A stretch of DNA of 64,000 nucleotides from Octopus sinensis (GCF_006345805.1 NC_042999.1:157976001-158040000); one strand, 5' to 3'. Positions 50,813-63,765 are shown, counted from the stretch's first letter. Notes: generated by a model from the letters alone, not told the origin. A program made the numbers and translations.

Positions 50813-52047
50813 TCTCCGAAGTCCCTGTTTTTCGCATAGTTTCCAATGTAGCCCTTTCGCTACCTGATCGTGTCGCCACAACTTGTAGCGGTTTTGGGCA
50901 AGGCTAGGGCATTCGTTTGTGATATGAGCAATGGTTTCATCCACTCTATTACAGACGCAGCACAGCGGAGACACTTGCCCATCCCAAAGGTTGACCCTCC
51001 AGTTCGTGGCCAAAGTTTGGTTTTGCGCTGCCATTATAGTGCTCTCCGTCTCGTTTTTTAGTGTTCATTTCTTCAACCAATCACATCTACTTTCTCCTTG
51101 TTGCGTAATTCTTCTTCATCTCCATTTTGTACTTCTTCCTTTGTTTTTCTTTTTATTCTCTGCTTTCAAAACTCCCTCGTTCCTAACTGACACTAACAAG
51201 GTTTCCTTACTTTGGGTTAGGTATTTCATTAAGCTCCCGAGGTCGATACGTACGCAGTCTCCTACATTTATTAGTCCTCTTCCTCCATTTGCTCTCTTCG
51301 TGTATAGGTGGGCTCCATGCATCGTTAGGAGCTTTCTTGACCTCCTGTCCATCTCCTTCAGCTCTTACTGTGTCCACCTCAGGACTCCAACACCATACCG
51401 AACTAATGCGACTGCGCGCGAGTTTATTGCCGAAACGGCATTCAGCTTTGAAGCAGTAGTTTTCTCACTCACCGCAGGTACTCTCTTTTTGCCTTTTCAT
51501 TCATGTCGTGTTTAATTCCATCTGCTTCAAGTATTCCCAGGTATTCATAGGCGGATTTCTTTCATCATTTCACCACTAGGCAATCCTATGCCTTCTGTCC
51601 TGACAAGCTTTGCTCGTCTCGTCACCATCGTAGCACATTTTGAGAGCCCAAACTCCATCTTAATACCATTAGAGAAAATCTGCACAGACTGAAGTTAGGC
51701 TGTCCGGTTCTGCCTCACATTTTGTGAGTCGTCCGTAAATGGCAAGTGGTTCAGTTTTCCCTTACCACTTCCCAAGTCAAACCACAATTTTGTTTTCTGT
51801 AGTTTTAAATTCAAGGGGATCATTCCCAGCAAAAAGATCAATAGGGACACACTGTTCCCCTGGAATATTCCTCTCTTGATTTTCACTTCTCCTAATACTT
51901 GAATTCCTGCTGTCAATTCCGTTCTCCACCATTTCATAAGGCTCCAAATAATATTTCTGTTTTTCTGCTTCTCCATACATTTCCATTGTTCATTTTATCC
52001 AAGAGTGTGGTATCATATCGTATGCTTTTTGATAGTCAACCTATGCC
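50813..52047 (-). mobile_element. R4/Dong-type RLE LINE fragment (RT to CCHC)
   Basis: DYQKAYDMIPHSWI, KRGIFQGN, LNHLPFTDD, LYTKRANGGRGL, CCVCNRVDETIAHITNECPSLAQ..RHDQVA. Confidence 0.88.
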
Positions 52048-52058
52048 ATTATTATTAT

Positions 52059-52525
52059 TGAATGAGAGAGCAGTGCATGCCATCAAAATGACATTGGGGT
52101 ACAAATTTACGAAGCCCAGTATACCCATCATGAATACCCGTCTTATAAGGGTATACCAGACACATGCATCACAAGCATCTGTGCACGACATGGTGATCTC
52201 ATATCAAAATAAACAGCACATGACCTTGCAGGTGGGAACACATTTAGAACTTTTTCAGGCTACGTAGGCCATCTCGCTCAAAAGGTCCCAGATTAAGGGT
52301 TGTTTAACGATGATGGACAAAACAATCATGTTTCCAGAGGTGAATTATTCAAACCTCAATCACTTGCCGAGACATACCTAGCATCCTAAGGCGAGTAAAA
52401 GATAAGAGGTGGTATAGTATGACTGAAAGCTTGGGGAGGGGGCGTGGCAGGATCAATAGCAAACATTTAAATTGATAGAGTTTTTCTAAGGATGTGGGTA
52501 GCACAATCTTTTGCATTTCTCTAAG
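52059..52525 (-). mobile_element. Interspersed repeat family D, truncated, with (AAT)n end
   Basis: Matches 53215-53520. Confidence 0.75.
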
Positions 52526-52584
52526 ACATGGTTCTCCTTGGATATTATCTAGATGTTTCTGACATACCTAGGGTACCTACAATG

Positions 52585-52604
52585 TTATTATTATTATCAT
52601 TATC

Positions 52605-52657
<53 letters not shown>

Positions 52658-52662
52658 CATTA

Positions 52663-52721
<59 letters not shown>

Positions 52722-52831
52722 TTATTATCATTATCATTATTATTATTATATCATTATCATTATCATTATTATATTATTATTATTATTTTATTATTATCAT
52801 TATTATTATTATCATTATCATTATTATTATT

Positions 52832-52863
<32 letters not shown>

Positions 52864-52890
52864 CATTATTATTATTATTAGTAGTAGTAA

Positions 52891-52972
<82 letters not shown>
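52585..52972. repeat. Compound (TTA/TCA)n, (TAG)n, (CTA)n trinucleotide array
   Basis: Direct reading. Confidence 0.95.
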
Positions 52973-52973
<1 letters not shown>

Positions 52974-52976
52974 TCA

Positions 52977-53184
52977 AGGCGACGGGCTAGCATAATCGAC
53001 TTATTTACGAATGCTTAGCGTTATTTCGCCAGTCGCTACATACTGAGTTCAAATTCCGCCTGAGGTCAACTTTAACTTACATCTTTTTGAAGTCGATAAT
53101 ATAAGTACCAGTTGAACACTGGGATCGATGTAATCGACACATCGTCTCCCCCAAAATTGCTGCCCTTGTGGGAAAATTTGAAAC

Positions 53185-53185
<1 letters not shown>
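52977..53185 (+). mobile_element. Diverged SINE family C
   Basis: Body match. Confidence 0.75.
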
Positions 53186-53214
<29 letters not shown>

Positions 53215-53215
<1 letters not shown>

Positions 53216-53767
53216 GAGTGAGAGAGCAGTTCATGCCATCAAAGTGACACTGGGGTAAAATATACGAAGCCCAATATACCCATCATGACTACCCGTCTGA
53301 TAAGGATACACCAGGCACATGCATCACAACCATATGTGCGCGACATGGTGATCTCATATCAAGATAAACAGCACATGACCTTGCAGGTGGGCCCAGTTAG
53401 AATTTTCTTCAGGTTGAGTAGCCCATCCCCCTCAAAGGGTCCCTGAATAAGGGTTGTTTAAGGATGTTGAAAGAATCACCCTTGTTTCCAGAGGTGAACT
53501 ATTCAAACCCCAAAAATCCCTCTCAACACATGGCTATGATGCTCCCCCACTACTTCTGCTCGTGATCAGAGATGCACATATCGTCAGCCACTAAGGGACA
53601 TACTCAACTGGTTATGGTCAAACAACTGACAAGCAAATCTGTGGTATTGAGCAGAATATTTGCTGTAGCCCATCTTTTATACCAAGACAAAACAATGTAC
53701 ATGATAACACTTCCAATCAGTTAAGATCAGAAGCCATGAGAGTCACTGCCTGGTACTGCATCAGGGC

Positions 53768-53770
<3 letters not shown>
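53215..53770 (-). mobile_element. Interspersed repeat family D (~555 bp) embedded in (TAT)n
   Basis: (ATT)n on both flanks; other copies at 52059, 56001, 50768; no ORF or TIR seen. Confidence 0.8.
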
Positions 53771-53831
<61 letters not shown>

Positions 53832-54076
53832 ATTATTATCATTACTTTTATTTCAACTTTGTTTCCTTTTCTTGCGAGTGCCTTCTCGACACACAGAGCA
53901 AAGAAACTCACTGTATACATTGGTAGGCCGTTAAAATACACACACAGGTTGTTCATTTACAAAGTCAAGAAATGTGATAGAAAAAGAGAAAAAGAAAAAA
54001 AAGAGGGGGGAAAAAGGAAAAATAAAAAGAAAAAATAGAGACAAAATGAAAAACAACAAAGTATTATTATCATTAC

Positions 54077-54124
<48 letters not shown>

Positions 54125-54162
54125 CATTATTATTATTATATTATTATTATTATTATTATTAC

Positions 54163-54325
54163 GATGGCGGCGAATTGGTAGAATCTTCAGCACGCTACGT
54201 CCTAAGTTCAAATTCTGCCTTTCACCCTTTCAGGGTCGATAAATTAAGTGCCAGTGAAACACTGGGGTCGATGTAGTCGACTTCACAAAAAATTGCTGGC
54301 CTTGTGCCAAAATTTGAAATCATTA
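54163..54325 (+). mobile_element. Diverged SINE family C
   Basis: Body match. Confidence 0.7.
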
Positions 54326-54906
54326 TTATTGCTCTTCTGAGCTGTAACGGCTCCATTTGGTGGTGATAATTAAGAAATGCTATTTGGATGGCTGTTGACT
54401 CCTCAGCGTTCATCCGCCCTTAAACAGGTTCTGTTTTCCCTCCTGCAGATTGACCAGATAAAACACCCTCTTTACAGAGCAAGATCTGTTGGGTTGCCGG
54501 TCTATTCACCGACGGCTCGACATTTCTGATTCATTTCCACGACTTGAGTTATGGCGATTGTGAAGGGGTGAGTGTCACGTCCCTGACAAAGTTACGCAGA
54601 CACATTTAGGGAAAGGAAGGAACAGAAAAGAAAGAAGATGAAAAGGGGAGAAAAAAGAGAAAGATAATATAAGAGCATGTATGCTTCTCTGTGCGAGAGC
54701 ATAACTATAAATGGTGGGGGTGGGAACGGTTGGCTGGTCGCATTGGTCACGAGTAAAAATAATAAATCGTGTTGCTGAACGAAAGGCGAAAATTGGAAAT
54801 CAGATAATCAAACATCTCTGTACTTGATTAAAGTATAGAATCGGGGAAATAACATCATTGTGACTAATCGAAAAATGTGAATATATACGCCAGTGATCAG
54901 TGAGGA

Positions 54907-54957
<51 letters not shown>

Positions 54958-55674
54958 AGAGAGATGAGAGGGGTTATTTTTCGCTCTACGTTTATCTATA
55001 AATATATACGAGTGCGAGTAAGGGTGATGAACTGTGTAGTTGAATGAGAGAAGGAAATTGGAAAATCGTATAACCAAAAATTGGTGTGCTTGATTCAAGT
55101 CTAAGGTCAAAGACATAACATCGTACACACATACACATACACGCACAGACACACACACACACGCACACACATACTCACACACACACACACACACACACAA
55201 CACACACACACACACGCACACCAGTGATCAGTGCGGAGGTGTATTATCATTATTATTATTATTGTCTTTGCACAGCTTCTAGTGCTGGAGATGCACTACA
55301 GTGTCAGCTGCTCACTACCAGTGAACTTAAAGTAACACCCTCATATTTTTCGAGCACCATCCGGAGTATGCGAGCGGTTCTAGACAGTGCTGTTTTCTGC
55401 AAGCGCCCCACCCTTATTACAACCCCTATTTGTTCCATGTACTTGTCAGGATTTGGGGCTCACTACTCCCAGGGCTCCGATAATTATTGGTACTACTACA
55501 ATTATCACATGCTACCGTCTTAAAGAAGAACATGTTGGATCATGCAGTCATAGATACATTGTCTGAAATCCAGACACGATTGTGAGGTCCAGAACGCTTT
55601 TGGTGGAGTGCCTGTTCAATTACAGAGCTGACTGGGATTACATCATCATCATTGTTGTAGTCGTCACCGTAATA

Positions 55675-55910
55675 CTTATTTCTTTACTACCCACAAGGGG
55701 CTAAACACAGAGAGGACAAACAAGGATAGACAAACGGATTAAGTCGATTATATCGACCCCAGTGCGTAACTGGTACTTATTTAATCGACCCCGAAAGGAT
55801 GAAAAGCAAAGTCGACCTCGGCGGAATTTGAACTCAGAACGTAGTGGCAAACGAAATACCGCTAAGCATCTCGCCCGGCGCTGCTAACGTTTCTGCCAGC
55901 TCGTCGTCTT
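55675..55910 (-). mobile_element. SINE family C
   Basis: Reverse-complement match. Confidence 0.88.
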
Positions 55911-55941
55911 TATACTACCTCTACCACAACCACTACTACTA

Positions 55942-55974
<33 letters not shown>

Positions 55975-56000
55975 ATAATAATAATAATAATAATAATAAT

Positions 56001-56335
56001 TATAAAGATGGGCTACAGCAAATATTCTACTCAATACCACAGATTTGCTTGTCAGTTGTTTGACCTTAACCAGTTGACCATGTCCCTTAGTTGTTGACGA
56101 TATGTGCATCTCTGATCACGAACAAAAGTAGTGGGGGAGCATCATGGCTAATGTGTCGAGAAGAAGTTTTGTGGGGTTTGGATAATTCACCACTGGAAAC
56201 ATGGGTGTTTCGTTCAACATCCTTAAACAACCCTTATTCAGCAACCTTTTGAGCGGGATGGGGTACTCGATCTAAATAAAATTCTAACTGGGCCTCACCT
56301 GCAAAGTCATGCGCTGCTTATCTTGATATGAGATC
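56001..56335 (+). mobile_element. Repeat family D internal fragment
   Basis: Reverse complement of ~53360-53680. Confidence 0.75.
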
Positions 56336-56339
56336 CCTT

Positions 56340-56815
56340 CAGAGAATGGCGGAGTCGGAGAGTAGCAAAATTCTCTGGGATTTCCAATCCAAACTGATCA
56401 GGTGCTAGAGCAATCAGACCAAGTGGTGATCGACAAGATGCGCCACATGTGCTACATAGTTGGTGCTGCATTCCCCTTTGACCTATGCATAGTCGAGAAG
56501 GAATACGAAAAAAATATATAAATACAACCCTCTTAAATAAGAAATAACCCGGCTATGGAAAATGATGAAGGTAAAAATAGTGACAATTGTTGTTGGGTCC
56601 TTGGGCACAGTACCAGAAGGCATCAAAAGAAATATAAGGGAAATGTGAATAGAGTGTCCAGTAGAACTGTTACCAAAGGTTTGCCTCCTTGACAAGGTCA
56701 GAATAATCAGGAAAGTATTAAATAGCTGAAAAGAACGGATAGCGTGGTACCGTAGGCTGCAGGTAGCAAGCCCGCTATGCATGCAAGACTCCGAGAGTTC
56801 AAAAAAAGAAATGAT
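56340..56815 (+). mobile_element. R4/Dong-type LINE 3' end (RLE domain and 3' UTR)
   Basis: SKILWDF.IQTD, VVIDK, EITRLWKM..IVVGSLGTVP, RIIRKVL*. Confidence 0.8.
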
Positions 56816-57468
56816 GATGATGATGACGACGACGGTGACAAGGACGACGACAACAACACCTGCACTAACAACAGCACCAACAGCAATAATGATAATAAAG
56901 AATACCCCGAGCAAAAACCCCGACTGAGAACGCCTTCATGCGTATAAATCTACACGAAGAGAAGAGGGTCTCTGTAGTCTTGATTGGCAACTCTTTAGAG
57001 GTGGTGGTTGTGGCACGTCATCAATACGGCCCTCTTTATGAGTGTAATACGAAATAAAAATCATCACAACTTCGTTCGTGAGACCCGAGCCCCAAGTGAA
57101 AACTTCTTGCACGGCAAGTGCTCCATAGTGCAGTAGAGTGGACCTGGTCATTATATAAATATTGTTACGTAGATTAGGAGAAAACACACTGAAAACGACA
57201 TTAGAACAGTAATGGAATGTTATTACAGAAGCGAGCCTAGAAAAATACCAGAAAAGAATGGATAAAGACTTTCCTTATCATGGCGTAAAGACTTAAAGGC
57301 CTAAAAAAATTAATGGTGAAAAGGCAGGGGGGGTATCCCAGTTGGAACTGGAAGAGCTATCCACAATAATGAAAGAGTGGGAAAACATAACTAAGCTAAA
57401 CTCGAAGACGAAAAAGGACAGGAATTAACAGAGGGACCAATAAATCCCTACGAAAAAAAAACACAGCT

Positions 57469-57617
57469 GCTGGAGTGGCTGTGTGGTAAGTAGCTTGCTT
57501 ACGAACCACATGGTTCGGGTTCAGTCCCATTGCGTGGCACTTTGGGCAAGTGTCTTCTACTATAGCCTCGGGCCGACCAAAGCCTTGTGAGTGGATTTGG
57601 TAGACGGAAGCCTGTCG

Positions 57618-57703
<86 letters not shown>

Positions 57704-57917
57704 GTGTGTCTGTGTTTGTCCTCCCAACATCGCTTGAGAACCGATGCTGGTGTGTTCACGTCCCCGTAACTTAGCGGTTCGGCAAAATAAACCGATAGAA
57801 TAAGTACTAGGCTTACAAAGAATAAGTCCTGGGGTCGATTTGCTCGACTAAAGGCGGTGCTCCAGCATGGCCGCAGTCAAATGACTGAAACAAGTAAAAG
57901 AGAGTAAGAGTAAAGAG
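57469..57917 (+). mobile_element. SINE family A
   Basis: Full match. Confidence 0.9.
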
Positions 57918-58632
57918 GTAGATGCTACTTTTGTGAAAGGAAAGACTGTTACAGAGGAAGAAAGAAACTTACTATCACACCTGAATGAGGTGCAAAATAT
58001 CGAAAGAAAAAGGTTACCTGTCCTGGGAGGAATGGAAAGAGGAAAGCTATATATAGTAGTGAAAGATGAACTGTTGAGGAAAATCTACATCGGAAACATA
58101 GATCTAAATGACCTTATTTACTAGGCAGCCTCTGTCACAGTGCCAACTCTTGGAGTTATAAGTGAAATAAAAACGAAGGACAAAGCCTCGTGGTGGGGAA
58201 GAAGACTTGAGAACCAAAATGAACAGCTTAAGCGAGACCTTGGACGGACACATGCAGTCATAGAAAAGAAGAGAGTGAGGGAAAGACGAACTACAATGGA
58301 AGTACAACATAAGACAAGGGTCGGCAATTAGTTAAAGAGGAAATAAGACAAAGAATCAAAGCAGTGTCGGATAAAAACAAAACAAAATAGATAACAACAA
58401 AGAACGAATCAGTAACAACAAACTAGACACTTTGAGAAACTTCTATAAACAACTGATCAACGAAGAGGAACATCAAGGAAATAATATACCAAATGCTGAA
58501 ACACCAAGAAAATTCTGGGCAGAAACCTGAAGCAAAGACGTCCAACTTAATATAAAAGCAAACAGACTACGAGAATTTAACACAGAGATGAAAATTGAAG
58601 AGACAAAAGAAGGTATAACAATCGAAGGTATA

Positions 58633-58863
58633 AGGCGGCGAGCTGGCAGAAACGTTAGCACGCCGGGCGAAATGCTTAGCGGTATTTCGTCTGCCGTTAC
58701 GTTCTGAGTTCAAATTCCGCCGAGGTCGACTATGCCTTTCATCCTTTCGGGGTCAATAAATTAAGTACCAGTTACGTACTGGGGTCGATGTAATCGACTT
58801 AATACCCATGTCTGTCCTTGTTTGTCTCCTCTATGTTTAGCCCCTTGTGGGTAGTAAAGAAAT
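58633..58863 (+). mobile_element. SINE family C with 15-bp TSD
   Basis: AGGTATAACAATCGA at 58611-58625 and 58864-58878. Confidence 0.92.
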
Positions 58864-58894
58864 AGGTATAACAATCGAGGATAAGATTATTATA

Positions 58895-59210
58895 GCAAGC
58901 TTATAATCGTGAGAGTGTGAGTTCGATTTCTTGATCTGGCTGTGTGTTGTGCTCTTAAGCAGGACACTTTATTTCACGTTGTGCTAGCTCACTCACCTGT
59001 AAAAATGAGTTGCAATATCACTCGTGCCGAGCGGTATCGGTCTTTGCTTTTCATCTTTGATAATATCGGTGGCGTGGTGAGAGGAGACTGGAACAATTTG
59101 AGAGTCGTTAATCTAGAAGACCTGTGTAATGACAAAGTGTCTTCTAATTCCCTCTACACTTAAGAAAGTTAATGAATTCTCGGTAAGTATGCACTACATA
59201 CAGCAATGAG
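58895..59210 (+). mobile_element. CORE-like SINE family F (5'-truncated)
   Basis: Matches 62411-62775. Confidence 0.7.
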
Positions 59211-59528
59211 CTTATCGGGGATAAGAAAATAAAAGAGATGATTAAGAAAATGTCAGACTGGAGATACACTAGACCAGTTAGTGTCCAGGTTTTCTGACTT
59301 AAAAATCTCTCAAGTATTCACAATCATATACGACTGCACATAAAATGGAACACCAACATGAATGGCAGATGGGAGAACAGTGTTGATACAGAAGAACAAA
59401 GAAAAGGGACTTATTACTTGTTACCTTTACTCTGGAAATTCTTAACTGGCCTGAGAGCAGATGAAATATATAATCTTCGCGGCAACAAATAAGATGTAGG
59501 AAGAAATCAAAGGGAACTGCTGATTTGC

Positions 59529-59562
<34 letters not shown>

Positions 59563-59632
59563 ATTTTATTTGTTCCACGTCCTCGCGTTGCTGTTTTTTT
59601 TTGTGTTTTCTTGTTTGGATTAACTTTATATA

Positions 59633-59691
<59 letters not shown>

Positions 59692-60040
59692 AGAAAAAAG
59701 TAAAGAGTGAAAAAACTACAGAAGGCTTAAATGTTAAAAAATATATATATTTGCGTCAATATGTCTGAAGAATATTAGAAAATTTTTTAAAAAAATTTTT
59801 CTCTTATAATGACATAATTTAAAAGAAAGACCGGTTTCGCGTGTAGCTTTTCAAATTTCTTGCGACGTCGCAAGAAATTTGAAAAGCTACACGCGAAACC
59901 GTCTTTCTTTTAAATTATGTTATTATAAGAGAAAAAATTAAAAAAAAAATTTTCTAATATTCTTCAGACATATTGACGCAAATATATATATTTTTTAACA
60001 TTTAAGCCTTCTGTAGTTTTTTCACTCTTTACTTTTTTCT
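59692..60040. mobile_element. Loop-less ~350-bp palindrome: inverted dimer of the PLE1 pLTR with two U3-A8 hammerhead-like motifs (59823-59861 minus, 59872-59909 plus)
   Basis: Each arm matches 2346-2513; centre GCGAC|GTCGC at 59866/59867; (TA)-rich flanks. Confidence 0.88.
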
Positions 60041-60074
60041 ATATATTCACCCACGTGCTTTCACAAACCAACTT

Positions 60075-60182
<108 letters not shown>

Positions 60183-60974
60183 TGTATAAGAGTTCGCCGG
60201 TTAAATATGCTAAAACACGGAGTAAAAGCAACCGTTCTGATCATTTTGGCCGCCATGGGTTTTGCAGTAAATCACTAAATCATCCATAACTTTTGTATTA
60301 TCCTCTCAAATTACACCAAAATCTCAGGCAATAACAAATGATATTGTATTTATTGTCTGTGAAAATTATAGAATATAAAACAACTTTGATAAAAAATTAT
60401 ATCTACTTTTCTGACGAAAACAATGCCGTTCTGAACATTTTGGCCGCAACTGTATAGTAGACTACTTGGTCTTTACCTCAAATTGAGAATATATTTTTTT
60501 TCAACTCAATCTTTTTTCCATCTTAGTCTGGGTCTGTTAACTTATATCCTTCTGCCATCGATCATCCTTTTTATCTGCTGAATTAAAACATTCATATATG
60601 GGACTATCAATGGAATTTATAAAACTTCATTAACTCCATGATTTCTTTAATCTTTTAATTTTTTAATCATGGAATTACCTAATACAATTACTCCCCCTTC
60701 TAACTGGTGACTACTAATATCCTCAATTTAAGATTTGTTTTTCTATACCGCTTTACCTCGATTTCTCCGATGATGAGATACTTGGATTACGTGAATTCGT
60801 TACACATTGACATCATCCATTTGTTCAGGTATTCCAGAAACAAATATAAGATAATTTTCTTCTATACTTTATACTTTTATTTATACTCTTTATCATGAAA
60901 TAAAAATCCTCGAGTAACACCAAATGTATTTCTTGTCCGTCTTCCATTTTTGGTCGCTTTCTCTCTCTCTCTGA

Positions 60975-61050
<76 letters not shown>

Positions 61051-61063
61051 AAATGGTTTATAT

Positions 61064-61114
<51 letters not shown>

Positions 61115-61250
61115 TAACTAAAGTTAGCGGTTGGAATAACCATCTAAGGGATAAGAATAATGTTAACCCTGGGCATTGATATGCAATCATACTATACTCA
61201 TAGGATACAGGCAATAAGAAAATAAACAAGAGTTTATCAGGAATCAAATT

Positions 61251-61783
61251 TAAATTAAGAAGAAAATGAAGAAAACTTTTGATCAACAAACAAACTGACT
61301 ACCATCATTTTTTTTTAATGTACAAAACTTTAACGTTGCTAACAGCCGTTTCTGCTACCTATGTCAGACGGTACAGCCAAAGAAAATTATGAGAATAATC
61401 GTTATCTTTTATAGCACATCCGATCAATTATGTTTCTAGTTTATTCATTTGCTGATCGACTTCAAGCTTTACACTGAAAAATGGCATGATTCTAATTTAT
61501 TAAGCATTCTTTCCTCATCTCGAGACCCTGTTCTTTCCTCTTTCTTCTTTCCTCTCCTCTTCTTTTATTTTATGTATTTGTATTCACTCTGATGAAGCTC
61601 CATGTACCAGATCGGATGTTCTATAAAAGATAACGATTATTATTCTCATAATTTTCTTTGGCGGCACTGACTGACACAGGTAGCAGAAACGGCTGTTAGC
61701 AATGTTAAAGTTTTGTATTAAAAAAATAATAACCGATGGTATTGAATTTGTTTGTTGATCAAGTTTTCTCCATTTTCTGCTTA

Positions 61784-61788
<5 letters not shown>
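61251..61788. mobile_element. Fold-back element, ~175-bp imperfect arms
   Basis: Arms 61251-61425 and 61610-61788. Confidence 0.7.
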
Positions 61789-61853
<65 letters not shown>

Positions 61854-62244
61854 CATCTCTCCACGTGACGTATATATATATACCCATCTCTCCACGTAAA
61901 CATATTGAAGATAATAAAAACCGAAGGTTATCTGACCAGGTCTGTTATGTAACTAACAATGTCTTTGCTATGGAACACTTGTTATCAGCATTTAGTTTTT
62001 CCTTTCATTACATTCCCGAATTTTTATTAGGATTATCAGCACCTTTAGTTGCTAAACCGTGACTTGCGTGGTGACTGTCAGCTTATCGAAATTTCCTTGG
62101 ATTTCAATATGGGACGAAGTGTGTCACTTACGATGGTTGATAAACTAGTGTAATGTCTATATTTTGTTATCTATACTAGCTCTGTGTTTGCTTCAAGCTT
62201 ACAAACTTACTACTCTGGGATCTTGGATCGTACATACTTATTAC

Positions 62245-62306
<62 letters not shown>

Positions 62307-62354
62307 AATATTCCTACATATACATACACACATGTATGTATGTGTGTATGTATG

Positions 62355-62388
<34 letters not shown>

Positions 62389-62410
62389 TGTATGTATGTA
62401 TGTATGTATG

Positions 62411-62775
62411 TGAAAGCGCATGACTGAGTGGTTAGAGCGTCAGGCTTACAATCACGAGTGTGAGTTCGATTCTCTGACCTGGCTGTGTGCTATGCTCTTA
62501 AGCAAGACATTTTATTTCACGTTGCGCTAGTTCACTCACCTGTAAAAATAAGTGGCAACATCGCTAGTGCCAAGCGGTATCGACCTTTACTTTCCACCTT
62601 TGAGAACATCGGTGGCAAAGAGAGAGTAGACTGAAACGATTTGCGAGTTATTAATCTAGAAGACCAGTGTAACGACAGGTGTCTTCTACGTTCCTCTACA
62701 CTTAAGAGTGGCTCTTGAACTTAACAGAGAAAGCTAATGAATTTCTCGGTAAGTATATACTACATACAGCAGTGA
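62411..62775 (+). mobile_element. CORE-like SINE family F
   Basis: TGACTGAGTGG / GAGTTCGATTC boxes; CTTAAGCAAGACATTTTATTTCAC..CACCTGTAAAAATAAG. Confidence 0.75.
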
Positions 62776-63211
62776 GATTTACCTCCTCACTTCTCAGTAG
62801 ATACTTCAAAGCTAAGTAAACTAAACCCAGAGGGTTATGTCCATAAAGCTATTGTCAGAAATCAACACCAGCAATAATTTATGAACATTTCTCTCGTTGG
62901 TCGTTATGTGTCGGAAGTAACTCTATTGATTCTAGAATAGTATTAGAATCTGCAGCACTTGCTGTACTGAAATAAATAAAAAGGATACTTTTCCTTGCAG
63001 AATAGGTGAAACGGTTTCCGAAAGTTGATGAGTGATTTATAGTAAATGAGGAGTTTGAAAATTCCAAAACACATTGCTTTCATGAATTATTGAAGAATAA
63101 CAATATATCTTCAAATTCAAAGAGACACGAAATGTGCTTGAGAAGTGTCTATCCAATAAACGTTTATATAATGCTTGCCTTTCGTTGAAACATTAATTTC
63201 CTGCAGTTTTG

Positions 63212-63244
<33 letters not shown>

Positions 63245-63408
63245 TGTATGTATGTATGTATGTATGTATGTATCTATCTATCTATATCTATCTATCTATC
63301 TGTATACGTATGTATGTATGTATCTATCTATCCATCTATCCATCTATCTATCCATCTATCTATCTATATCTATCTATCTATCTACCTACCTACCTACCTA
63401 CCTACCTG

Positions 63409-63478
<70 letters not shown>

Positions 63479-63621
63479 GTCTATCTGTGCGTGTGTGTGC
63501 ATATACAAGTGTGCTGTGCTGGTGCGTGAGTTTGTGTGTCTTTTGCGTGTGTATCTATAATATGCATGTGCGTATGTGCGTATCTCACTCTCTCTTTACC
63601 TCTCTCTGTCTGTCTGTCTGC

Positions 63622-63671
<50 letters not shown>

Positions 63672-63719
63672 GAAAAAACAAGTCAAGATAGAAAATGCTA
63701 AAATAATTTTATAAAGAAC

Positions 63720-63765
63720 ATTTCAGTACCGGTTTCAGTCGTTTTGAGACCTTTTCAACTGTAAC
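63720..63765 (-). ncRNA. Hammerhead-like motif, U3-A8 core, within a (TA)n-flanked solo unit 63672-63895
   Basis: GUUACAG UUGAAAA GGUC-UCAAAAC-GACU GAAAC CG GUA CUGAAAU. Confidence 0.72.

Larger units (their letters stand above)
56895..59520 (+). mobile_element. Decayed R4/Dong-type LINE 5' half with three nested SINEs
   Basis: VMECYYRSEP, SWWGRRLENQ..LKRDL, KFWAETWSK, WMADGRTVLIQK, PLLWKFLTG. Confidence 0.75.
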
